Source: Octopus sinensis
Taxonomy: Eukaryota
Direction of reading: 5' to 3'
DNA length: 64,000 bases
Assembly: GCF_006345805.1 (NCBI RefSeq)
Contig: NC_042998.1
Location: 181,102,001 to 181,166,000 of the forward strand
Shown: positions 24,590 to 37,108 of the stretch, piece after piece
Layout: every line of letters begins with the position of its first letter
Numbering within the stretch: position 1 is the stretch's first letter
Translations under genes and position numbers: made by a program
The notes under the pieces: generated by a model
What the model was told of the DNA's origin: nothing
Database searches by the model: none
The model's input: only the letters and a program-made list of their open reading frames with translations

Positions 24590-24845
24590 TGGTGTAGCTT
24601 AGTGGTTAAAGTATTGCACTCAATAACGTAAGATAGTGGTTTCGATTCCTGAACCTGGCAATGGGTTTTTTTGGTTTTTTTAGCAAAGAACACGTCGCTC
24701 TAGTCTACTCAGTCAGCAAAAATGAGCAGTCCTGAGACAGACCAGCGTCCCGTCCGGTGGTGGGTGCCGTGGAATATGTATGCCGCATAATCCGGGAAAC
24801 CGAGTTTATGAGGGAAACCGGCTCGGGGACGTTCCTTTGAGCTTT
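24590..24845 (+). mobile_element. Decayed tRNA-derived SINE with a family-D-like 3' part
   Basis: tggtgtagcttagtggttaaag...ggtttcgattcc head; gaccagcgtcccgtcc...gggaaaccg resembles the element at 46844-47156. Confidence 0.55.
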
Positions 24846-25289
24846 TGATCTTGTTCATTCTTGATGGCGGCAGTCTTGTTATTGTTGTTGTTGTTTGTGG
24901 CCGAAGTGGTGGTAATGATGATACTGGTTGTAGTACTTATGGTGGCGGTGGTAGTGGCTGAGGTGGCAGTGACGTGTTGGCGGGATATTAGTGGTGGTTG
25001 TTATAATGATCACATTAGATGACGATACGATTATGTGCAAGGGGATTTTGGTTAGTTGACTCTCTATTTGAAACCGAAATCCTGAAAGATTATTTGAACT
25101 GACAGAGAGAAAACACATACGTACATGACATTCGACAAAACCTGGTGAGTCTTGTCAATAGAATTAGGAATTTGTTCAGATTGTTTATCAATATAACTCA
25201 AATTCAAATGAAGTGAGGAGGGAAGAGAAGGAAAGAAAATGTATGACCTTAAGAGAAAAAGGGAAAGAAAAAGGGAAAACCACGGGCTG

Positions 25290-25570
25290 ACCAATGCCTT
25301 GTGAGTGGATTTGGTAGACGGAAACTGAAAGAAGCCTGTCGTATATATGTATATATATGTGTGTGTATATGTTTGTGTGTCTGTGTTTGTCCCCCTAGCA
25401 TTGCTTGACAACCGATGCTGGTGTGTTTACGTCTCCGTAACTTAGCGGTTCGGCAAAAGAAACCGATAGAATAAGTACTGGGCTTAGAAAGAATAAGTCC
25501 CGGGGTCGATTTGCTCGACTAAAGGCCGTGCTCAGGCATGGCCGCAGTCAAATGACTGAAACAAATAAAA
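25290..25570 (+). mobile_element. 5'-truncated SINE family A copy
   Basis: Begins at gaccaatgccttgtgagtggatttgg and ends into (GA)n. Confidence 0.88.
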
Positions 25571-25573
25571 AAA

Positions 25574-25617
<44 letters not shown>

Positions 25618-26133
25618 CAAGTAGATAGATATGGAAATAGTCATGTCCTAGGTTGAAGTGTGCGAAAATGAGAGAATATGGATTGATGAATGGAAGAATG
25701 AAGGGACGTAAATGTAATAATAAATGAAATAATTTATTTACGAACGAAATACAAATGAATGAACGTATGTAATAATGAAACAATAAGCATATCTTTGAAT
25801 GAGTGAGAGAAAATAGGGGTTGTTAAAGACATAAAGTAAAATCATAAGAGACAAAATTGCAAACGGAATGAGAAAGGGAAAAGAGAAGAAAGGAAAAAAG
25901 AAAAAGGAAGAAAGAAAGAGAGAAAAGAAAAAGAAAGGATGGAAGGAATGAAGAAAGAAAATTAGAAAAACAATAAAGAGCGACGAGAGAAAGAGAGGCA
26001 GACAGGCAGGCAGACAAACAGATAGACAGACAAGAAGGCTAACAGACAGACAGACAGGCAGATTAAGAAACAGACAGACAGCTAGGTAGGCAGGTAGGTA
26101 GGCAGGGAGACATACAGACAGACATACGGAGAA

Positions 26134-26205
<72 letters not shown>

Positions 26206-26256
26206 TCAAAAGTCAAACTTAATGAACAAAAAAACACACTAAAACGAAAAGGGAAG

Positions 26257-26303
<47 letters not shown>

Positions 26304-27076
26304 AATTATTATGCTATCAATTAACTTAGATGATGTGTTGACAGCGTCGAACTGTATGTAAAGAGAGAAGTAATTCTTGAACTTTTGTGTTCAAAATATC
26401 CCTATAAGATATCGCAGCAGTTAATTTAACACAAGAGACGTATAGCTTCCCCCCCCCCCCACTAACACTAAACCTGTTAACTCTAGGTCATGCATTTTCA
26501 CTAATGACTGCTAAACGATTAGCACAACCTTCAGAATTCTGATATTTTGTTAGACGTTGGTTTATTTGTTTTCGTTGTTGATTTAAAATTGTTGGTGGGG
26601 TCTTTTTTTGTGCTTCTTCAAAATAATGTAGTTATGAACGAACTTAAGATAAAAATACAATAAAATATAAATTAGTCGCAACGAAAAATTACACAAAGAG
26701 CAAAACGTATCAATTAATTCAACGTTTCGTACATTAAAGCTTAAATCTAAAATAATTGTAGTTTAATATCTAGAAGAAATAAAATGTGTACGTGGAAAGG
26801 AACCTGAAACGAAAGATCAACATTTCGACTTCACTAAACTTCATTTCATTTAGGTGCACTAAAGCCCCCTTTAATTATTTTTCTTTCAAATATTTTTCTT
26901 AAATATACAGGATCAAGCCGTTAATCGCAGGGATTCGTTTACTGGGCGTTTGTTTACTATATTATCACAACGGCAAGTATTAAATGCTACCGAAACTAAT
27001 GTACATCTACTTCATATAAATAATAATTATTTTATATTTTATATTTCATCAAATTGTATTCCCATTTAGTGCACCC

Positions 27077-27477
27077 TGAGGATCTTTTCGGTTTGAACGG
27101 CAGTTTTTTCTAGCAGTGTCATATGAAATTGTCACCCATAATTATGACCCTAGTATCGATCTATTGCATTTCAATCTATTTTAGGGTTAGGGTTAGGGGT
27201 GGGGGAAGGGTATCTTTTTTTCTTCACAAATGTAAATAAACCCAATCTGTTTCTTAAACGAGGGACATATTCATACAGCACAGAATGTTGTTTACCTCAA
27301 TGGACGTCAGTGATTGGTTGAAATTGCAGAAATCGAAGAAAAAAAATAACAAATATCTTACAAACTATAGAATTTTCTCAATAAAGCCAAGAGAAAAAGA
27401 TGTTTTATAAACACATTCTACCAGTATAAGAAGTTTGAAATTTTTTAGTTACCTAAAAATTATGTTAAAAACTGGAT
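27077..27477. repeat. Probable MITE-like dispersed repeat containing telomere-like (TTAGGG)3
   Basis: ttagggttagggttagggg at 27181-27199; only an 8-bp remnant inverted repeat (cagttttt / aaaaactg) is visible. Confidence 0.4.
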
Positions 27478-27630
27478 ATGTTATGTAACCGTAGTAGCAC
27501 ATTTTTATCTCTACCAAACTTTCTGCTTTAGGTGGTATGATAAAGACAATATGCATCCACATATTTCCAAATCCCCAAGCAATTACTATACGCTTTAGCT
27601 AATGTCTTTTATATATGTTCGTTATTTATA

Positions 27631-28074
27631 GTGGCTGAGTGGTAAGTAGCTTGCTTACCAACCACATGGTTCCGGGTTCAGTCCCACTGCGTGGCACCTT
27701 GGACAAGTGTCTTCTACTATAGCCTCGGGCTGATCAAAGCCTTATGAGTGGATTTGGTAGACGGACTGTAAGAAGCCCGTCGTATATATGTATATGTATC
27801 TATATATATGTGTGTGTGTGTGTGTGTGTATGCGTGTGTGTGTGTGCGTGTGTGCGTGTGTGTGTGTTTGTGTGTCTGGGTTTGTCCCCTTAGCATTGCT
27901 TGACAACCGATGCTAGTGTGTTTATGTCCCCGTCGTTTAACGGTTCGGCAAAAGAGACCGATAGAATAAGTACTAGGCTTACAAAGAATACGTCCCGGGT
28001 CGATTTGCTCGACTAAAGGTGGTGCTCCAGGAAGGCCTCAGTCAAATGACTGAAATAAGTAAAAGAGTAAAAGA
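27631..28074 (+). mobile_element. SINE family A copy
   Basis: Full head-to-tail match. Confidence 0.92.
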
Positions 28075-28827
28075 TTGTACGTATGTCTGTATATGCTGTG
28101 TGGTCTTTACGCAGTACTAGAAATTATGCAATTTTTTGTTACATCGACAATTCATAAACCCCGAGGAATAGATGACGCAGCCAAACATTCTTCACCGCCA
28201 CTACAGTCTTTCATCAACAGTATCACAATCAGCACCAACTCCCGAACGACCAACAACAACAACAAAACAGTATGAACAAGATAAGCAACTTCATCTAAAT
28301 TATAAAATCAATCACGAAATAATGATGTATACTAGTATATTTTAAATTTGAATGAAATGCACTTCGTCTTAGGTCAATGAAGATTTGCTTGAGACAAAGC
28401 AACGACGAGAGTACAATTAACAAGAAAAGTATCACCACAGCAACGACCAACGATACATGCACACATGCACACACAAACACACACACATATTTCTGTTGAC
28501 GTACTGCATAGGACGCTACAGACATTGCTACCATTACCAACTTTTGAATAACCAATTGGAAACGACGGTTGTAGTATCAGCGTGATAGCAATGTCTGTAG
28601 CGTCCTATGTGTGTGTTTGTGTGTGCATGTGTGCGTTTGTGTATGCATTGTGCGTGCGCGTATGTAGATGAGTGTGACTGTGTGCGCATATGCGTGTATA
28701 GAGTTTTTACGGCTCATGTCAGAGCTGCTGGGGATGAACTACCCTTCAACTAATTGTGATCATAGAGTACCCCCCCACCACCACCACCAGCTCTACTTCA
28801 CCTTTTCCTCTTCTAAGTTTTCCATAG

Positions 28828-29040
28828 ACAGAAAGTCAACATTTGATATTGTGCAACTGACAAATTATGAAGGATTTGAAGAAGCCATAGAGAATAATGT
28901 AGTTAAACTGATAGCGTCCCATACAGAATGATAGATATAAAGATGAAATGATACTATTAGAAAAGGGAAGAATACAGATGAAAATATAGAACTGTCACCA
29001 ACTCCTCTTAAACTGACGACAAATACTTCAGGACCGTCAC
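28828..29040 (+). pseudogene. Possible pogo/Tigger transposase C-terminal relic
   Basis: DIVQLTNYEGFEEAIENNVVKLIASHTE* resembles the Tigger C-terminal IVxLxxxxGFExVxExDVxELLxSHxE pattern; stop codons follow. Confidence 0.4.
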
Positions 29041-29220
29041 GTATAGATAAAGATCTGCAAGTTTTTTTTTGTTTGTTTTTTTTTGCTGTGGATGTAACAT
29101 AAAAATTACTGGAGTCTCACGACTAGTTTTACGTCCAAAATACCGAGCAGGAAAACTGAACCCGAAGCCACAAGGTTCACAAGTAAACTTCTGGATGTCC
29201 GCTCTCTATCTCTAATAATA

Positions 29221-29581
29221 TACTAGCAGTATCGCCCGGCGTTGCTCGGGTTTGTTTCGACCCTTTAGAATTGCATTATGTAGCTTGTTATTTTCTTTAA
29301 GTGAACATTTTTCTGGTTCAAATACACCGAAAAATGGCGTAAAAAAATCGTAAAAATAGGGATTTTCATAGAAAAAAAAACAACTTTTTGAGGTAAATAA
29401 TTTTTGGTATTAACATGGTCCGATTTGAATTTTTTCTTCTACGGAAGGAAGAGCAAGCCTTCTTCTATCATACTCTCAATTTTGGTCAACTTTAGCTGCA
29501 GGATCTCGGAGGAGATAGTGTTAGTTGAAAGCTACCAAACCTGCCATACACAGACAACTTCAGCTCTATATATAGAGAGAT
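29221..29581 (+). mobile_element. Helentron/HINE-like element, second subfamily
   Basis: Same first 35 bp as 59125 and a similar caacttca..tatata..gat end, but an unrelated interior. Confidence 0.55.
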
Positions 29582-29599
29582 ATCTTTATTTTATCCATT

Positions 29600-30040
29600 T
29601 ATCTCTAACATGTTTCAATCATTGGTCTATGGCCCTGCATGGGTGCCGCCTTTAAGGCTTTAGTCGAACAAATCGACCCTACTACTCTTTTAAAGACTTG
29701 TACTTATGCTATCGTTATCTTTTGCCAAACCGCTAAGTTAGGTGAAGGTAAACAAACCAACACCCATTGCCAAGCGGTGGAAGACACGCTGTAACACAGA
29801 CGTGTATATATGTATGTATGTGTGTGTTTGTGTGTGTGCGTGTGTCTATTTATGTATATATGTATATATGTATATGATGGGCTTCAATACAGTTTCCGTC
29901 ACCCAAGTTTATTGAAAAGGCATTGGTCGTCCTTCTATTGTAGATGACAATTACTCAAGTTGCCGCTGAGTGGAAGCGAACACGAAATTACCTTGTTACA
30001 AAGCGAGCTACTTATTCACACTGCCATGACTGCGCCTATA
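29600..30040 (-). mobile_element. Diverged SINE family A copy
   Basis: Degenerate tail, body and head motifs. Confidence 0.7.
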
Positions 30041-30063
30041 ATATATATGTATATATGTGAGTG

Positions 30064-30094
<31 letters not shown>

Positions 30095-30573
30095 TGAGTG
30101 CGTGCGTGCGTACATATGTGTGTACACATATCTAAATATCTTACAGATCGTCTTTAAGATTCGCGCATTTCTACTCGGACACTGCGTAAAACTAAGATAT
30201 GGATTTAATCAGATAGTTACGCCATGAATGTGTAACCCGCTTTCTTATCATATGAATGAACATATATGGTAGCATCTATATATATAAAAGTGTATATTTG
30301 TCAGTAAACAATGTTATAAAAATAGCTATTTTTTCACCTTTAGTTTATGGCCGTGAATTTTATATTCTTTTAACGTTAAGCCTTCGTACCGATCTGAAAA
30401 TTATATTTTCTGCTTCGTTATTTATGGCTTTTAAAGATTTTGACAGCGAGGGATCATATTAAGAATACGTATGTTTGTGTGTAAATGTTTGCACGTGTGT
30501 GTATTTATATACCTATACGTATACATACATACACACAAACACACACACACACATACACACACACATATATATA

Positions 30574-30618
<45 letters not shown>

Positions 30619-30677
30619 CACATACACATGTATAACTTTATATATAGAGAAAGATGTGTGCTTATATCTATATCTAC

Positions 30678-30736
<59 letters not shown>

Positions 30737-30743
30737 TATACAT

Positions 30744-30774
<31 letters not shown>

Positions 30775-30853
30775 CAAACATACATACATACATGCATACA
30801 TACATACACACATACACACACACATATATATATATATGTATGTATGTATGTAT

Positions 30854-30899
<46 letters not shown>

Positions 30900-30919
30900 C
30901 ATATATATATATATATACA

Positions 30920-31022
<103 letters not shown>

Positions 31023-31568
31023 CATAAACAGATAGGAAAAGATAGATTGCGTATACGCTTGTACATTAAAGATATATAACAAATATTTTTATTAGTCGTA
31101 CATATATATATATATTACATGGTCGTAGTGTATATGTATTCCTATAGAAACATACGTATTATACCTAACGCATCTCATACAATCAGTTTCAATGGACTGG
31201 CATTTAAAATCGAAAACTGTTAAAAGGAAAAGATGACACATATAGGAAAGAAGGAAGTGAGGAAGAAAGGAAGAAAGGAAGAAAGAAAGGAAGAGAGAAA
31301 GAGTTCGATGTGGGAGAGAAGAAGAAAAAGAATTGGACAAGGAGGAAATTGCACAGGACACGGTTGTCTCTCTTTTCCTTTTAATTTATATGCATAACAT
31401 CTACAATTTGTAAACTCTCAATAATATATCCCTCCCACCTCATTATCTTCCTATCTCTCTTTCTTTCCCTCTCTTTCGATCTATTTTTCTTACCCTCTCT
31501 CTCTCTCTCGTTTTGTTTGTCTCCCTCCCTCTCTGTGCGTGTATGCATCTATTTATCTACCTCAGTTA

Positions 31569-31642
<74 letters not shown>

Positions 31643-31765
31643 CTATCTCTCTCTCTCTCTCTCTTTCTTTCATCGCCTCAGAAATCTGTCCTATCCAAGA
31701 ACAATGTTACCACCGACATCGCGAAAACTAGCACCGCCACCACCACCACCACTAGCTTCTCTCCC

Positions 31766-31805
<40 letters not shown>

Positions 31806-31810
31806 AACTA

Positions 31811-31855
<45 letters not shown>

Positions 31856-32364
31856 TTACTACTACTACTACTACCAACCACCACTACTTCTACTATTACT
31901 ACTACTACTACTAACCACCACTACATTTACAAATTAGTCTAATACTGTTACCACCACTATTGCTGCATTTACGACTACCACTACACCTCATACAGTACAG
32001 CTACTCGTACTCGTACACCACCACCACTACCACCACCACCACTACTACTACTACTACCTTTAGAAAGCATTGGTCTCTTTTTTTGTCTTGTACATAGTAG
32101 AATAGTTTATGTGTATAGGTTAATGGTTCCGTCTTACTGGTCGTTACTGTCAGTTTCTTGGCCTGCTTTTATTGCTGTTTCCTTGAAATGGTTCAAGGCA
32201 TCTGCCACAAGTATTTCCCTTCAAGTTATAACTGTCAGATTTACTGAGTTTTACATGAATGCTTCACCCCCGCCTTCCTTCCACCTACACACACACACAC
32301 ACACGCTCACTCATTCACTCACCCACTCATTCACTCACTCATTCACTCACTCATTATCTCTCTT

Positions 32365-32396
<32 letters not shown>

Positions 32397-33639
32397 CGTT
32401 TCTCTCTGTCTCTTTCTCTCTTTCTCTCTCCTTCCTTCTCTCATTCTCTCCCTCTCACTTTCTCTCCCTCTCTCTTTCTATCCCTCTCTCTTTCTATCCC
32501 TCTCTCTTTCTATCCCTCTCTCATTCTCTCTCTCTCTCACTCTCTCTCTGTCTCAGTCTCTCTTTCTCTCTCCTTCCTTCTCTCATTCTCTTTCTCTTCC
32601 TCTCTCTTTCTCTCCTTCTCTCTTTCTATCCCTCTTTCTTTCTATCCCTCTCTCATTCTCTGTCTCACTCTCTCTGTGTCTCAGTCTCTCTTTCTCTCTT
32701 TCTCATTCACATACATACAGGGAGACACACAGACTATCACACATCGTACACATTCTTCGCAATTACATGTGCACGCATATCAGGCATTCTCACAATCTCA
32801 CTCACACACACACACACACACATTGACGCACTCAGACCTTTGCCACTGAAACGGGGACCATTCGTTTATAAAATATATAAATAATATACAGATAGTAAAT
32901 AAATAATATTTAAAAAAAAAAGACACAGTGAGTATTGATGGCGACGGAGAGAAATTATAATTTTTTCTATCTTTACTTTCTCTTTCTCTATTTCTTTTTA
33001 ACACAGTAAGTAAAAGCGCTATTATGGTTTGTGAAAAGGGAAAAATCTATGGAGATCCTAGTTTTGAAGACCTTATACCATCCGTCTTACACCATACTAA
33101 AAACCAGCATCATCACCACTCTCACTATCAACAAAAGCAATGCCATTCATCAGTCACTTCCTCATTTCGGCTATGGGGAATATTTTCACACTTACATTTA
33201 CATCTACGAACCCCCTTTGTCGAATGCAACCTTTTTTCTTTTCTTTTTTTTTTTTCATCAACACTTCGCTGGTGGGGGGTAGGGTCACTGATACCTATAC
33301 TTTATCCTTCAACTCTATACCTCTTCAATTCCCTTTTAGCGCTGGGATCTATTTTGCTACTTTGGTAATGTTCTGATGTACAGAGTATTTTTCACGTATT
33401 TGCATCTTTATGGATATATGTCGTTTTTCGATGACTTTGCTGAAATTGCCAGATGTGTACATGGTGAGATCAATTTTCCTCGTGACATCAAGTGTTAGTC
33501 GCAAAACACTGATCCATTGACTTCAAAAGAAGAAAGTAGGAGCCCTCTCTTCGTAGTTGATAAATATGTTGTCTTATTTGTCATTTCATCATCTTGCTTA
33601 CTTATCATGCTCACCTATTTATCTATCATCTACCTACCT

Positions 33640-33821
33640 ACCTACAAGCATACATACATAATACATGCATACATACATACATACATACATACATACATAC
33701 ATACATACATACATACATACGTACATACATACGTACATACATACATACATACATACAAACATACATACATACATACATACATACATACATACATACATAC
33801 ATACATACATACATACATACA
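33640..33821. repeat. (TACA)n array at the 5' junction of the R4/Dong-like fragment
   Basis: Directly abuts aacttccagaggtttatcatttaa (NFQRFII*). Confidence 0.95.
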
Positions 33822-33925
33822 TAACTTCCAGAGGTTTATCATTTAAATATATATGAGCATGTCTAGATATGCAACTATATGCATGAGAATAACTACATAA
33901 AGCAAAAAATACAAATTTACACATA
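33822..33925 (+). mobile_element. R4/Dong-like 3' end, left half (split by the LINE)
   Basis: Reverse complement matches 615-706; the ORF end FQRFII* is present. Confidence 0.7.
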
Positions 33926-34023
33926 AACGTAGATAAACTTAGATATGTTTCGACCAAAGATTGGTCCAGGCCATGTCTAACTTAATAGCACCACCTGATA
34001 GGATTATTTGAATCCTGTTTAAG

Positions 34024-37000
34024 TCAAGTTTTATTTATGGTCCATTCAAGTAGTGAGTTCTTGTTGGGTGAGCTGTATCCAATTATGGGTGGCTTATCTG
34101 GTATTCCTTGGAGGAATCTATCCAGGCTCCGTTTAAAGTTGATGGGATCCTTTTCCTCTTTGATCTCTTTCGGGACAATGTTAGATAGGGCAGGGCCTGT
34201 TGAGGAAAAGAAATTATGTTGCAGTGTACATGTATGCTGTGATCTTTAGTTGGGCAGGGGACGTATGGCCCGTGGTCCCAGTCTTGGATGAACCTTGAAG
34301 CTAATGTTCAGGTCGTTTGGGCAAAGTTGGCGGTATATTCTCCACATCGTACAAATGATGTACCGCTCACGGCGACGCTGGAGAGAGTAGAGTTTCAAGG
34401 CTTTAAGGCGATCCCAATAATCGAGAGCAGCCATGCCTTCAATTCGTTTAGTGAGTGCCCTCTGGGGTGATTCAATCCTCGACATGTTTTGTCTTGTATG
34501 GGGAGACCACAGTGGGCAGCAGTATTCGAGGTGTGGCCGTACAAAGGAGGAGAAAAGTGGTATGATGACACCTTGTTCTCTGGACCGGAAAGTTCTTAAG
34601 ATCCAGGAACTCATCCTACGAGCTATATTGACCTTCTTGTTGATGTGTGCACTCCAACTGAGATCGTCATCAACAATTACACCCAGGTCTCTGATATTGT
34701 TAGAGGCTGTGAGCAGTTCCCCTGAAGGAAGAGAGTATGGCTGTTTTAGTGAGGAATTTCTTCCAAAATGCATCAGCTCAAATTTTCCCTCGTTCAGTTG
34801 CATTTTGTTTCTGTCTGCTCATTGACTCACAGCATATAGATCAGACTGGAGTTGAGTTCGGTCTGCTTCTTCATTGATGATTTGCTGGAGCTTAGTGTCA
34901 TCAGCAAATACTTTCACTTTGCAGTAATGTACGACACTGGAAAGTTCGATTATGTAAATTATGAAGAGTAGCGGACCCAAGACAGTCCCCTGGGGACACC
35001 GCTGGTGACTTTTGCTGGGCTTGAGTGGACTCCATCAACTACAACATGTTGTGTTCTATTCGCCAGGAAATACTTAATCCAGTGTAGAACTTTTCCACGG
35101 ATTCCAACATTTGCCAATTTTGAGAGTAGGATATTATGGTCTACCCTGTCGAACGCTTTACTGATGTCAAGATATATGACATCAGAGTTCGAACCTGTTC
35201 CCAAGGCTTTGAGTATATCTTCAATCTGGTGTAAGAGCTGTGTTAGACAGTCCCTGCCACAGCGAAAGCCATGCTGATTTGCATTTAGGAGTTTGTGGGT
35301 CTCCAGGAAGTCAGCTATCCTTGATCTTAACACTCTTTCAAACACTTTAATGATGTGGGAGGTGAGTGAGATTGGGCGATAGTTAAGTGCGTGGGGTCTG
35401 TTTCCCTGTTTCAAAACCGGGATGACTGACTGGGATAGAAACTGTTTTGGTATATAACCTGCGTCTAACGAATTTCTCCAGAGGTTGGTCAGAGGGACTG
35501 CAAGTTGGTGTCTACATTCCTTCAGGAGACTAGCGGAGAATCTATCAGGGCCTACAGCAGAGTAGTATTTAACCTCATTTATTGCTGCTACGGTGTCAGT
35601 GGCAGTGAAGGTTATGTCTGAGATTTTATGGTGGGAGTCAACTTCGTTCGCTTCTCTTACGTCAATATCAGTGGGAACACTAAAGACAGAGCAGTATTGT
35701 TTCTGCAGTATTTCTGCCATTTCTTTAGCATCGTGTTGGGGAATGCCGTTATCATCAATCAATGACCCAATAGGTGAGACAGTGATTCTATGCTTACTTA
35801 CATAAGAATAGAACACTTTTGGGTTCTGTTTAATGTTTTTGATTACCCACTGTTCCTCCACAGCTCTTTGATTTTCAATGGAGGTTTTCATGTCGGTCTG
35901 CAGATGAAGTTTTTCCAGCTCTAGCCTTTTCATTGTTGTTGAATGTGGATGTTGTATGTGGGAATATTTTAATTGGTTGATTTTTTTGTTGAGTCTTTTG
36001 ATGCGCCCGATGAGTGTTTTTTTTCTTTTTAGGGAGCCGGTTTCTGTTTCTGTTAGTAGATTTCGTGGGAGCGTGTTTAGAACATGTATAGGTGACAATG
36101 TTTTCAAAGTGCGGCCATGCGGTCTCAATATTGTTGGAATTGAGAGTAAAATACCAGTCGATGAAAGACAGATCCTTTCTGATTGCTTCCCAGTCTGCTT
36201 TGTGGAAGTTTATGTTGTCAAATGAGTGCCATGGAGTGGGATTGGCTGGTTTGGTTTTTATATGTCGGGAATTAAAATTGCAGAGTACCATGTCGTGGTC
36301 TGAGAGGAGAGTTTTTTTCAACTGAAATACTGTGAACGAAGCTAGAGTGATTGGTCAATACCAGATCCAAGATCGTTTTATTCTGTCTCGTTGGTTCGAG
36401 CACTAGCTGAGTCAGGAAGTATTCATCCATTATATTAAAGAGAAATTCTGCTGCTGCTCTATCTGATGTAGAGCATTTGCCTAACTTCAGAGTATTTGTG
36501 GGCCAGTTCACATGAGGGAGGTTGAAGTCACCCATCACTAGTATGTTTCCGGAGTTGTACTTCCGAAGGAAGGACTTGACTTTGCTAAGGCACTCTTCAA
36601 AGCACTCTAGAGGTGCTTGGGGAGGCCTGTAAAGACCAACAATGATTATGTCCTTGGCCTTGCTGAATAGTGATACAGATTCACAATAGCCATTGGAAAA
36701 TATGTCCTTGGCATCATGTGAAAAGGAGACATGGATAAAGATGGCTGTCCCTCCCTTATTTCGGTCTGTGCGATCCGCACGAACAATGGTGAAATCTTTT
36801 ATTTTCACCTCGGCGTCCATATGGGTGTTGATCAGGTGAGTCTCGGTAAGGATAAAGAAAGGGAATCAATGTGCCGTTTCGGCAAGCCAACTCTCTATAT
36901 ATGGGATCTTCCATTTTTGGGCAATAACTGATGGGTTGATGCCACGTACATTTAACAGGAATGTCGAGGTAAGGGAAGTTTGATGATTGCATTGTTCTAA

Positions 37001-37108
37001 GTTATGTTTTATGTTGTTCAGTGGTAACAATGTGGGTAGTTCTTGTATGGAGCTGTGTGTGTATGATTTTCTTGTTGGTAGTGGGTGTGTGGTCCTTGTG
37101 ATTTGCAT
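34024..37108 (-). pseudogene. LINE ORF2: apurinic endonuclease plus reverse transcriptase, disrupted
   Basis: APE motifs LNVRGI, TETHL, GDFNLP, LDLVLTN, SDHDMV; RT motifs YRPISLTS, QHGFR, YLDISKAFDRVDH, GVPQGTVLGP, FADDTK (the last two after frameshift repair); CR1-like RPHLEYCCPLWSP and YSLQRRRER. Three stops (36866, 34819, 34246) and three 1-nt frameshifts. Confidence 0.93.

Noticed and set aside
33945-33980. Hairpin plus GAAAC at the LINE 3' end as a hammerhead
   Set aside because: No CUGANGA upstream; better explained as the usual LINE 3'UTR stem-loop.
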